A stretch of DNA of 64,000 nucleotides from contig JAXMNT010000028.1 of assembly GCA_034670305.1 (NCBI GenBank), positions 1-64,000 of the forward strand, read 5' to 3'. The stretch is from Deltaproteobacteria bacterium. Its GTDB lineage: Bacteria > Myxococcota_A > Polyangia > Polyangiales > Houyiibacteriaceae. How positions within the stretch are numbered: position 1 is the stretch's first letter; every line of letters begins with the position of its first letter. Shown here one piece after another: positions 30,559 through 39,997 of this stretch. The notes beneath the pieces were generated by a model. The model did no database searches and was not told the origin of the DNA. It saw only the letters and a list, made by a program, of their open reading frames with translations. The translations under genes were made by a program, and so were the position numbers.

Positions 30559-30981
30559 ATGGCCGCGACCACGACGCTCTCCGATGCCCAACAGCCTCGG
30601 GCAGAAGACGCGATCTGGGGCATCGGCGAACTCGCCACGGAGCTCGGGGTCACGGCGCGCGCGATCCGTTTCTACGAGTCGAAGGGGCTGCTCTCGCCGA
30701 GACGGGTCGGCACCACGCGCGTCTATGGCCGCCGCGAGCGCGCCCGCCTGATTCTCATTCTGCGCGGCAAGACACTCGGACTCTCGCTTCGGCAGATCCA
30801 GGAGTACTTGGAGCTCTACGGAGAGCGCGGCTCGGGCCGGAAGAAGCAGCTGGAGCACGTGGTCGAGAACACAGAGCGGTGGCTCACGAAGCTCGAGAAG
30901 AAGAAGCAGGACCTCGAGCGCACCATCGCGGAGCTGCGCACCATCCGCCGCGAAAGCAAGAAGAAGCTCGCAGGGTTGTAG
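30559..30981 (+). CDS. MerR-family (LiuR-like) transcriptional regulator
   Basis: IGELATELGVTARAIRFYESKGLL…RLILILRGKTLGLSL. Confidence 0.92.
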   Translation: MAATTTLSDAQQPRAEDAIWGIGELATELGVTARAIRFYESKGLLSPRRVGTTRVYGRRERARLILILRGKTLGLSLRQIQEYLELYGERGSGRKKQLEHVVENTERWLTKLEKKKQDLERTIAELRTIRRESKKKLAGL

Positions 30982-31016
30982 CCGAGGAGCGACGCGCCCC
31001 AAAGAAGCGTGGACAC

Positions 31017-31711
31017 TCAGAGCGGGAACTGGGCGATGAGCGCCTCCACCCGCGTCCTCCAGTCGTCGCCGACCGGGATCTGGTGGAACTCCTCGAACTC
31101 CTGCAGCAGGCACGCGATGTGGCCGTGTTCCAGCACGGCGAGGTCGACCACCGCGTCCTCGTCGTAGGCCTCCTGCTCGACGGTCGAGTCCGCGTCCGGG
31201 TTGGCCAGATCCGGATGGGCGACCACGAGCGCTTCGAGAAACGGCACCACGGTCTCGGTGAACCGACCGCGGCTCCACTCGTGCCACGGGCTGCCTTGGC
31301 TGCGGCACGGTCCCATGAAGAACAAGAACCCGGCACCATGGCGGGATGGGACCGGATCGGCCAGAGCGCGTGCATGTCGTTGGCCCACGACTCGACGTCT
31401 TCGGCGAACTTGGCCGCGGTCTCGGCGCCGAACACTGCGTCGCCCGATGCCTCACAAGCCCGTCGTTCGACCTCCGTGCCGTAGACCTCGAGTACCTCGA
31501 AGTCGAACACGTCGCCCGGTGACTCGATTGAGAGCAACCCACCGGCGAAGGAAGCGAACCCACGGATCGGAGCCGGAGCTTCCGCCACCAACTTCATCCG
31601 AAGGTCGCGGGGCACCGGATCGACAAAGCCCACGTAGGCACCGTCACACCGGCCCATCGACTCGAGCAGCAAGCGACCGTGGTTCAAGTAGAGGTAGGGG
31701 TACTCGGCCAT
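31017..31711 (-). pseudogene. Hypothetical protein split by a frameshift near 31330-31355
   Basis: Protein-like frame MAEYPYLYL…WPI switches to FLFFMGP…AQFPL*; total 695 nt is not a multiple of 3. Confidence 0.65.
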
Positions 31712-31736
31712 CAAGGGAGCATACACAGAGAAGGTT

Positions 31737-33128
31737 TCAGGAGCCGTCCGAACGCGCCTGCGGCGGTGTGGTCTGGGCTTCGAGGACGCGCAGTACGTTC
31801 TCGCCGAAGATCGGGCGCACCGGCAGGCCGCGCGCCGCGAGCGCGTCTTTGAGCGCGCCGAGGTCCGAGACGTCCCGCATCCCGACCGGCAACTCTGGCA
31901 CCCCGTCGAAGTCCGAACCCAGACACGCGCCGCCGGGACCCGCCAACGCGACGACCTTCTCGAAATGATCGGCCAGCGTTTGTAAGGTCGGTGGGTCGAG
32001 GTCCGGGTCGAGTTCCTGCGCGAGTTCGAATGCGGCCTGCCCGCGGTCGACCCAGTTCGGGTACCGCGCTTCAAGCGGCTCGAAGGCGCGGCGCCGGCGG
32101 AACTCGATCGCGCGCCGCCGGCCTCGGTAGTCGGCGTCGATGAACTGGGTATAGAAGTTCACGCACACCGCGCCGCCGTTCTCACCGACCGCGCGGATCA
32201 TCTCATCCCGCATGTTGCGGGGATGGTCGGCGAGCGAGCGGACCGAGGAGTGGCTCGCGAGCACCGGGCGGGTGGTGGTCTCCATGACGTCCCAGAACGT
32301 CTGGTCGGACACGTGCGAGATGTCGACGATCATGCCGAGCTCGTTCATCAGACGGACCGCGCGCGTGCCGAGTGAGGTCAGCCCGGCGGCAGGATTGCTG
32401 CCACTCGACGAGTGACCGAGCGGGCTGTCCACCGACCAGGTGATCGTGATGTAGCGGCACCCGAGCCGGTGCAGTTCCCGAATGCGTTCGATCACGAGGT
32501 CGGGGTCGTCCGTGCCGAGCGCGTGGGCGCCCTCCACCCCCATCAGCATCGCGATCTTGTCCTCGCGCGCCGCCTCGCGGACGCACGGCGCGTCGGTGCA
32601 GAGAGACGCTTGCTCTGGGTGTGCTTCGGCGACTTCGCGCACCCGCCCGATCAAGGCCAGCGCGCGCTGCCACGCGGCTTCGCCGCGGTAGTCCGATGGC
32701 CGCACGTAGATGCTGAAAAACGCTGCGGTCAGTCCGCCCGCACGCATCCGAGGGACGTCGAGGTGACCGCCTTCCAACGCAGAGAAGGGATCGTCGCCGT
32801 CGTCCAGCATACGCTGCGTGGTGTCCACGTGGGTGTCGATGGCCACCATCGGTGCGTCCGCCCGCGCTTGCAGCGCGGCGAGCTCCGCAGCCCGTCGCGC
32901 TTCTGCGCGCTCGTCTGCTGCGCGGGCCGCGACGGAGGCCAAGTCGAGGGCGGCTTCGTCCTCGGCTTGCACAGCGTCTTCGTCGCGACCGCACCCCGCT
33001 TCGCGACACCCCCCAGCGGTGCACAGCAGCAGCAGGCCAGCCAGAATCGAACCCCACGTGGAGCTCGGCGCACGGGCCCTCGACGGGCAAGAGGATTGGA
33101 CCCACGAAGGCACCCTTTCCACTACCAT
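31737..33128 (-). CDS. Membrane dipeptidase (peptidase M19) family lipoprotein
   Basis: IDTHVDT, MGVEG, VDISH, ASHS, GSDFDG; lipobox-like LLLCTAGGC; start uncertain. Confidence 0.9.
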   Translation of the reverse strand: MVVERVPSWVQSSCPSRARAPSSTWGSILAGLLLLCTAGGCREAGCGRDEDAVQAEDEAALDLASVAARAADERAEARRAAELAALQARADAPMVAIDTHVDTTQRMLDDGDDPFSALEGGHLDVPRMRAGGLTAAFFSIYVRPSDYRGEAAWQRALALIGRVREVAEAHPEQASLCTDAPCVREAAREDKIAMLMGVEGAHALGTDDPDLVIERIRELHRLGCRYITITWSVDSPLGHSSSGSNPAAGLTSLGTRAVRLMNELGMIVDISHVSDQTFWDVMETTTRPVLASHSSVRSLADHPRNMRDEMIRAVGENGGAVCVNFYTQFIDADYRGRRRAIEFRRRRAFEPLEARYPNWVDRGQAAFELAQELDPDLDPPTLQTLADHFEKVVALAGPGGACLGSDFDGVPELPVGMRDVSDLGALKDALAARGLPVRPIFGENVLRVLEAQTTPPQARSDGS

Positions 33129-33140
33129 GCCGCCGGACCC

Positions 33141-36100
33141 ATGGTCGCGTCCAAGAAGCAGAAGCACACCCAGCTCGCCCTCTCCACCCTCGTGGTGGTC
33201 GACGAGCTTCCCGACGGAACGTGTCTCGTCTACCCGGTGGTCGAACCGCAGACGATTGCGGCGGGGCTCGAGGACAACGCCCTCACCGAGCTGCGTCTGT
33301 TTTTGAGCGAAGACCTCCAGGATGCGGAGGCCGAGCGCATCGCGCGATTCTCCCTGCCCGAAGATGCGTTCGAACAAACGTTTCAGATCGAGCTGCCTCA
33401 GCATGACGTCCCGAAGAACATGCGGCAGAGCGTGCGCGTTCCCGTGCAAACGGTGGTGGTGCCGCACGGCGACGCGCGGTGGGTGCTGATCCCGGCGCTG
33501 AAACACACGATCTACGTGAGCGCGACAGAGGCGCTCGAGGACATCGTCGCGAGCGAACTGGAGCGGCACCTGCTCGCCCGCCAACCCGACGCGTTCGCGC
33601 GACTCTCGCTCTTCGTGACCAGCCACCTGCGGGTGGAACGCATCGCGATTCACGTCGATCTGCCCGCCGCCCTCGCCGACGGCACCCGCGCGCTGCGATC
33701 CAAACTCGCCACCGCCCGCAAGCGGCGCCACGCGCTCGATGTGCTCGCCTCGGTGGGGGTCGCGGTGCACGACGAATCGTTCCTCGCGGGCCCGCCGGTG
33801 GTGGGGCGTACGAACGAGATCGCTGCGCTCGACGCGCTGCTCACTGCAGGCCGCCGCCAGTCGGTGCTGCTGGTCGGTCCCGAGCGCGTCGGCAAGACGA
33901 GCGTGCTGCTCGAGTGGTTGCGCACGAAGGGCGAGTCGCAACGGGTCTTCGGCACCAGCGGCGCGCAGCTGATCGCCGGCATGAGCGGACTCGGCCAGTG
34001 GCAAGCCAGGGTTCAGCGCGTCGTCGAAGCGGCAGAGACGCTCGACGCGATCCTCTACTTCGACGACCTGCGCGATCTGTTCGACCAGCGCGGCGCGAGT
34101 GGCGTCGACATCCCAGCCGCGATGAAGTCGGCGATCGAAGAGGGGCGGATTCGAATCGTCGGCGAGCTCACCGAAGAAGCGGCCGACTTGCTCTCCAGCC
34201 AGCGCGAGGGGTTCTTCCAATCGCTGCACACCATCCGCGTGCCCACGCTCGACCGCGCGGTCTCCGCGACGATGCTCGCGCAGCGCGCCGAGTACACCAA
34301 GACCCACCGCGACCACCTCCCCGAGGTTCAGCCGAGCGCGCTCGAGGCGATGCTCGCGCTGTGCGAGCGCTACCTTCCCTACCGCCCCTTCCCTGGGAAA
34401 GCCGCAGAGCTCTTCGATCAGGTCGTGCAGAGCGCCGAACGCCCCGGGGTGGTGCTCGACGCCGAATCGGAGATACGGGCCAGCGACGTCTACCGTCTGT
34501 TCAGCATCCAGTCCGGCATCCCGGAGTTCCTGCTCCGGGACGACCGCAGCCTCGACCCCGCACGGCTCACCGCACGGTTTCAGTCGCGGCTCATCGGCCA
34601 GACGAACGCTGTGTCGGCGGTGGTGGACACGCTCTGTGTGGTGAAGGCCGGACTGCAGCCCGCTGAGAAACCGCTCGCCACGTTCCTCTTCGTCGGCCCG
34701 ACCGGTGTCGGCAAGACCGAACTCGCGCGCGCGCTCGCGGAGATCCTCTACGGCGCGGAAGACCGGCTCATCCGCTTCGACATGAGCGAGTACGCGGACC
34801 CCTCGGCTGCCCAGCGGCTGATCGCGGGTGGCGACGGCGGCCGCGACGGTCTGTTGACCCGCAAGGTCCGCGAGCAACCATTCGCCGTGATCCTCCTCGA
34901 TGAGATCGAGAAGGCGCATCCCTCCGTGTTCGATCTGTTGCTGCAGGTCACCGGCGAAGGCCGGCTCACCGACGCCCGCGGGCGCACCGCGTTCTTCCAG
35001 AACTCGATCGTCATCATGACCAGCAACCTCGGCGCGACCCACCGGCGCACGCGGGTCGGCATCGAGTCCGCGCCGGACCTCGAGGGTCACTACCTCGACG
35101 AAGTTCGAAAGTGGTTCCGCCCCGAGTTCGTGGGTCGGCTCGACCGGGTGATCCCGTTCCGTCCCCTCGACCGCGACGAAGTCCGGACCATCGCCACGCT
35201 GATGCTCGAACGCATCCGCGGCCGCCGCGGCTTGCAGGATCGCGGCAGCGCGCTCGAGCTGACCGACGCGGCGCTCACCGCCCTCGCCGAAGGCGGCTTC
35301 CACGAAGCGTACGGCGCACGCGCGCTGCGCCGGCACGCCGAAGAAGCGCTGGTGGCACCCATCGCGACCGCGATCGCGCACGCACCGCGCGGCGCCCAGC
35401 TTCACGTCCGGCTCGAAGACGAACCGCCACCCGGCGAACCACTTCAGAAGGCGGTCCGCAACGGGCTGGTGGTTGAAGTGTTGCCCGCCGAACACAAGGT
35501 CAGCCTGAGCGAACTCCAGGTGCTGAACGAAGTGCTTCTGCTTCGTCGTCAGGCCGGTCAGTGGATGGAGCTGCCGGCGGTCGAAGCCCACCGAGAAGAG
35601 ATGTTCACGACGCTCGCCCGGCTGAGCATGCCGCGCTCCAAGAAGGAGCAAGCCCGGGCTGGTCAAGAGATGGCGCGGCTGCAACACCGCCACGCGCAGT
35701 TGAGCGCCTCCTGGGCCCCGGTCCAGGCGGTGCGCGACGAGATCCACGATCTGGAGGAGCTGGTGTTCGCGGCGTGGATGGAACGCGATCGGTACGAGGG
35801 CGCCAAAGAAGAGATCGTGCGGCTGCGACATGAGATGCGCATGGCGCTCTTCCAGATCTACCTAGAGCTCGACGCGCAGCACGAAGCGACCGCCATGCTC
35901 GTCGAACAGGACGAGGGACGCACGTTGGAGCACTGGCTCCTCCCCCTCTACGCCGACGCCGAACGCCGTGGGTGGGAGATCGCGGTGCACCGGTTCAAGG
36001 ATCCGATCGCCAGCCCGGACTGGCCCAAGGAGCGGGGTTTCGGTCCGCCCCGCACCCGGGCGGAGATCACCGAGTGGCTGCAAGAGCCCGCCCGCGATCG

Positions 36101-36533
36101 CGCGGTGCTCTTGATGCGCGTCCGCGGTCGCCACGCCGGCACGCAGATCGCCGCCGAGAAGGGGCTGCACCGTTTTCTGGGTGTGCCTCCGAAGGCGGCC
36201 GGCGCGCACCACATGGTCAAACTTCTCTCGATGCGCTTCGACCTCAAAGCCGACGACTGGTTGCGTGGCCCGATGCAACCGGACGCCCCCGGCGTAAGCA
36301 GCGCGCTCCTGAAAGGCGGCTGCACCCGCTACACCGACGAACGTCCGGACCAGAAGCTGCCCGACGCCTACGTCGAGGTCCCGCTGGACCAATACTGGTC
36401 TCCCTTCAACGCGGACGAACTCTGTCTGCGCGAACTCATCACGCTCGACATCTCTCCGAACCGGGACCGGAGCGGCCTCTGCGACGCGCCGCTCGACCGG
36501 GGGCCGAAGTCGGAGTCGGAGGCGAACGCATGA
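33141..36533 (+). CDS. ClpA/B-like double AAA+ ATPase 1 with C-terminal release-factor-like region
   Basis: D1 GPERVGKT; D2 GPTGVGKTE, FDMSEY, LLDEIEKAH, TSNLG, YGARALRR; extra ~330-aa C-terminus. Confidence 0.92.
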   Translation: MVASKKQKHTQLALSTLVVVDELPDGTCLVYPVVEPQTIAAGLEDNALTELRLFLSEDLQDAEAERIARFSLPEDAFEQTFQIELPQHDVPKNMRQSVRVPVQTVVVPHGDARWVLIPALKHTIYVSATEALEDIVASELERHLLARQPDAFARLSLFVTSHLRVERIAIHVDLPAALADGTRALRSKLATARKRRHALDVLASVGVAVHDESFLAGPPVVGRTNEIAALDALLTAGRRQSVLLVGPERVGKTSVLLEWLRTKGESQRVFGTSGAQLIAGMSGLGQWQARVQRVVEAAETLDAILYFDDLRDLFDQRGASGVDIPAAMKSAIEEGRIRIVGELTEEAADLLSSQREGFFQSLHTIRVPTLDRAVSATMLAQRAEYTKTHRDHLPEVQPSALEAMLALCERYLPYRPFPGKAAELFDQVVQSAERPGVVLDAESEIRASDVYRLFSIQSGIPEFLLRDDRSLDPARLTARFQSRLIGQTNAVSAVVDTLCVVKAGLQPAEKPLATFLFVGPTGVGKTELARALAEILYGAEDRLIRFDMSEYADPSAAQRLIAGGDGGRDGLLTRKVREQPFAVILLDEIEKAHPSVFDLLLQVTGEGRLTDARGRTAFFQNSIVIMTSNLGATHRRTRVGIESAPDLEGHYLDEVRKWFRPEFVGRLDRVIPFRPLDRDEVRTIATLMLERIRGRRGLQDRGSALELTDAALTALAEGGFHEAYGARALRRHAEEALVAPIATAIAHAPRGAQLHVRLEDEPPPGEPLQKAVRNGLVVEVLPAEHKVSLSELQVLNEVLLLRRQAGQWMELPAVEAHREEMFTTLARLSMPRSKKEQARAGQEMARLQHRHAQLSASWAPVQAVRDEIHDLEELVFAAWMERDRYEGAKEEIVRLRHEMRMALFQIYLELDAQHEATAMLVEQDEGRTLEHWLLPLYADAERRGWEIAVHRFKDPIASPDWPKERGFGPPRTRAEITEWLQEPARDRAVLLMRVRGRHAGTQIAAEKGLHRFLGVPPKAAGAHHMVKLLSMRFDLKADDWLRGPMQPDAPGVSSALLKGGCTRYTDERPDQKLPDAYVEVPLDQYWSPFNADELCLRELITLDISPNRDRSGLCDAPLDRGPKSESEANA

Positions 36534-39500
36534 ACGTCGTGCTCCACCTCTTCGAACGGAAGGCCAACGGGGTGTTGAGTTGGTCCACGGTCGGCCTCGG
36601 TCCGCTGAACCAGCAGCTCACCATGCGCAGCCAAGCGAAGATGCGCGCGAAGATGACCGAGGCCGTGAAGACAGCGGTGGGCGGCGCGTCCCACCACGCG
36701 CTTCGATTGCTCGCCGGGCCCTCGCCGAAGCTGCAGCGGGTGCGGCTCGAACTCGTGCTCAAGGGCGAGCGCGGCAAACGCAAGAAGCCCGGCGTCTTTC
36801 CGATCGTGTTCGACACGCGCCGGATCGGTGCCACCGAACGGGTGACCCTCGCGTACCACCCCATCCGTCAACAAGACGTCCAGGTCCTGGACCCCACCGA
36901 GTCGACCGAATCGCAGCTCAGCCGGTTCTTCTCCAAGCAGTGGGCCGAACTCGACGACGAAGCGATCACCGCGCTCGCGGGACGCAAAGGCGACCTCATT
37001 CGGGCGCTTTCGATCACCGTGCGGCCGAAGTCGTTGCTCGACACGCTCGAATCCCGCCGAGGACTGTGGGCCGATCTCGAAGTCGATCCTGACCGTCGGC
37101 GCGACGGTTCCAAGAAGTCGAAGAAGACCAAGTCCAAAGCGGCCGGCAACCCCTCCCTCCTTCAGCGCCTGGGCGCGGACCAGACCGCGCGGGCCGCCGA
37201 CGAGTCCCTCGAGATCGGGCGGCCACGCGAACCACTGCGCGGACAGTTGGGTCAGCTTCTTGGCGGGCCCCGCCGGCAGAGCACGGTGATTCTCGGCGCC
37301 CCGGGCGTCGGCAAACGAACCGCGCTCCGGCACCTGGTCGCCGATCTGCTAGAACACGACGGCTACCCAAGCCACCGCAACCTCGACCGCGTCACCCACG
37401 TCTGGACGGTGCAAGCGAGCCACCTCATCGCGGGCATGAGCTACCTCGGCGAATGGGAGAAGCGCGTCGTCGAACTCGTCGACGAAGTGCGCGGCCGACC
37501 CATCCTCGTGTGGATCGAGGATCTGCATACGCTTGGCCGCGTGGGGCGCAGCCGCGACAGCGAGCGGTGCATGGCCGACGTCTTGCGCGGCCCTGTCCAG
37601 CGCGGCGAGGTCGTGCTCGTCGGCAGCTGTACCCCGTCCCAGTGGCACCGGCTCGAAGAGGACGCGCCTGGGCTCGCCGCCGCCTTCACGACGTTGAGGC
37701 TGGACCCGGCCACCGAACGCGAGACGCTGCAGATGATCTTGCACGAGGTTCGGGTGCTCGAATCCGAAGAGCGCTGCGTGCTCCCTCCCGCGGTCTTGCG
37801 CGGCGTCCTCGAGGAAGGCGCCATCCTCGCCGACCAGTCGCTGCCTGGACGAGCGCTCGACCTCTTGCGCTCACTCGGACGCGGACGGGTCGGCCCTGTG
37901 CACTTCGACGAGCTGGTCGGGGTGCTCGCGCAACGCACCGGTTTGCCGAGCACCATCCTCGACTGGGACGACGGCGAGTCCCGCGAGGAGGTGCTGCACG
38001 AGCTCGGCGAATCCGTGATGGGTCAACCGGACGCGCTCGAAGCTGCGGCCGATCTCATTCTCCGGATCCAGACCGGCCTGACCGATCCCAAGCGCCCCTT
38101 CGGCGCGTTCCTCTTCACCGGTCCGACGGGCACCGGCAAGACGCAGCTGGCCAAGACCATCGCGAGCGCACTCTTCGGGGTCAGCCGACTCGTGCGCTTC
38201 GACATGGGCGAGTTCTCGGGCGCCGATGCGGTGCCGCGCCTGATGGGCGACCGCTGGAACCCGCGGGGACGGCTGACCGAAGCGATTCGCCAGCAGCCGT
38301 TCAGCGTGCTCTTGCTCGACGAGATCGAGAAAGCCCATCCGTCCGTGCTCTACCTGCTCTTGCAGCTGCTCGACGACGGTCGGCTGACGGACGCCACCGG
38401 CGAGCGCGTCGACTTCACCCGCAGCGTGGTGATCCTCACCAGCAACCTCGGCGCACGCACACGTCCCTCGCTCGGATTCAAGGACGCCAACGACGCCGCC
38501 GGCCAGGCGCGCGAGGCCACCCGGACCGCGCAGGACGTCGACAAAGCGGTGAAGGAGTTCTTTCCGCCGGAACTCTTCAACCGGATCGAGAAGGTCGTCT
38601 CCTTCAACCCGCTCAGCGAGACCACCGCGCGCGCCATCGCCGATCGAGAGCTCGCGATGTTGCTCGCACGCCGTGGCCTGCAGGAACGGAACGTCTTCGT
38701 CATTCCGCACGAGTCCGCCATCACCCACATGGCGCGCGCGGCGTTCGACTCGCGCGCCGGCGCGCGCAGCGTGAAGCGCTACCTGGAGACCCACGTCGCC
38801 TCGCTCTTGGCTGAACACCTCGCCTCGCGGGCCCGCCCGGAGATGGAGCTCATTCGCCTCTACCACGAGGGCGACGCCTACCGAATTGCCGCGAGCGCGT
38901 TGACCGAAGACGAACCGCTCGCCGGCGACTCTCCCCTGCGCCCGCTCCTCGACGCCAGCACCGCCCAACTCGCGGCGCATTTGCCCGATGCGCTGTCCCG
39001 CATCGACGCGCTTCGTTCCGACGGTTCGTTGGCGGCGCTCTCGGACCGGCTTCAAACCCACCTCGGCAAAGCCACCTCCAGCGCTGGCGACGCAGACGCC
39101 GTCTACTTCATCGACGTGCTGCGCAAGGAGCTCGACGAGTTCCGCGAACACCTCGAGACCTGGGCGGAGGCAGACGCAATCATTGAAGAGCGCGAGCAGT
39201 TGATCGCGGTCGAGCAGTACGACCGCAGCCCCGCGAGTGAGGGGGACCCGCCGGCGCGGGTGCGCCTGCTTCACCGCCGGTGGATGCGCCCTCCCCTGCC
39301 GCGCCACGACCGCCGCGAGATGCTGGCCGCATTCGCCGATCTGGCGTTCCTCGAACGCGCCGTACGCTCTGGCGCTCCGCTCGGCGGGGACGCGCTCGCG
39401 AGCCACCGGGTGCACGTCGAACTGCTTCGCGTCGGACGGGCGTACGGCGGGAACGCCTCCCTTCTCCCGACCTTGGCCACCTTCTACGCATCGTTGCGCG

Positions 39501-39997
39501 GCGAGTTCGTCTCGGCCGCGTCCTGGGGACCGAACTCCGAACTCTGCACGGGCAGCCTGTCCAAGGTCACCCAGCACCACGCAACCACCTACGTGCTGGA
39601 GCTCGCCGGCATCGACTTGCTCACGGCGTTGTCGGGTGAGACTGGGTGTCACCTGCGGGTCTCGCCCGATGGAGAGTCCGAGGTGGTCCGGGTTCAGCTG
39701 CGGCCCGCCGCGGAAGGTGGACCGGGAGCGGCGATCGAGAAGCTCCTCTCCGACCGCGAACGGTACGCCTCCGCACTCGAGCGAGGTGTGCACCCCGACG
39801 TGGAGGATCCGGACCGACTGCTCCCCGTCGTGCGGCGCATCACGGGCGACCGCCCCACCCGCCAGCCAGCGCTCGTCCAGGTCGAAGACTACCGGGTGCA
39901 GCACGCCGAGCAGGGCCGGGTCCTCAAGATCGAAGAGCTGCTCTTGCCCATGACCTGGCTCCATACGACGTGGTCCGCAGATGGGGTGCCGTCGTGA
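36530..39997 (+). CDS. ClpA/B-like double AAA+ ATPase 2 with C-terminal release-factor-like region
   Basis: ATGA overlap with gene 1; D1 GAPGVGKR; D2 GPTGTGKT, LLDEIEKAH, TSNLG, GARSVKR; extra C-terminus. Confidence 0.92.
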   Translation: MNVVLHLFERKANGVLSWSTVGLGPLNQQLTMRSQAKMRAKMTEAVKTAVGGASHHALRLLAGPSPKLQRVRLELVLKGERGKRKKPGVFPIVFDTRRIGATERVTLAYHPIRQQDVQVLDPTESTESQLSRFFSKQWAELDDEAITALAGRKGDLIRALSITVRPKSLLDTLESRRGLWADLEVDPDRRRDGSKKSKKTKSKAAGNPSLLQRLGADQTARAADESLEIGRPREPLRGQLGQLLGGPRRQSTVILGAPGVGKRTALRHLVADLLEHDGYPSHRNLDRVTHVWTVQASHLIAGMSYLGEWEKRVVELVDEVRGRPILVWIEDLHTLGRVGRSRDSERCMADVLRGPVQRGEVVLVGSCTPSQWHRLEEDAPGLAAAFTTLRLDPATERETLQMILHEVRVLESEERCVLPPAVLRGVLEEGAILADQSLPGRALDLLRSLGRGRVGPVHFDELVGVLAQRTGLPSTILDWDDGESREEVLHELGESVMGQPDALEAAADLILRIQTGLTDPKRPFGAFLFTGPTGTGKTQLAKTIASALFGVSRLVRFDMGEFSGADAVPRLMGDRWNPRGRLTEAIRQQPFSVLLLDEIEKAHPSVLYLLLQLLDDGRLTDATGERVDFTRSVVILTSNLGARTRPSLGFKDANDAAGQAREATRTAQDVDKAVKEFFPPELFNRIEKVVSFNPLSETTARAIADRELAMLLARRGLQERNVFVIPHESAITHMARAAFDSRAGARSVKRYLETHVASLLAEHLASRARPEMELIRLYHEGDAYRIAASALTEDEPLAGDSPLRPLLDASTAQLAAHLPDALSRIDALRSDGSLAALSDRLQTHLGKATSSAGDADAVYFIDVLRKELDEFREHLETWAEADAIIEEREQLIAVEQYDRSPASEGDPPARVRLLHRRWMRPPLPRHDRREMLAAFADLAFLERAVRSGAPLGGDALASHRVHVELLRVGRAYGGNASLLPTLATFYASLRGEFVSAASWGPNSELCTGSLSKVTQHHATTYVLELAGIDLLTALSGETGCHLRVSPDGESEVVRVQLRPAAEGGPGAAIEKLLSDRERYASALERGVHPDVEDPDRLLPVVRRITGDRPTRQPALVQVEDYRVQHAEQGRVLKIEELLLPMTWLHTTWSADGVPS

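Noticed and set aside
35600-39997. Functional peptide release factor (prfA/prfB/prfH)
   Set aside because: No GGQ motif in either RF-like region; both are fused to ATPases
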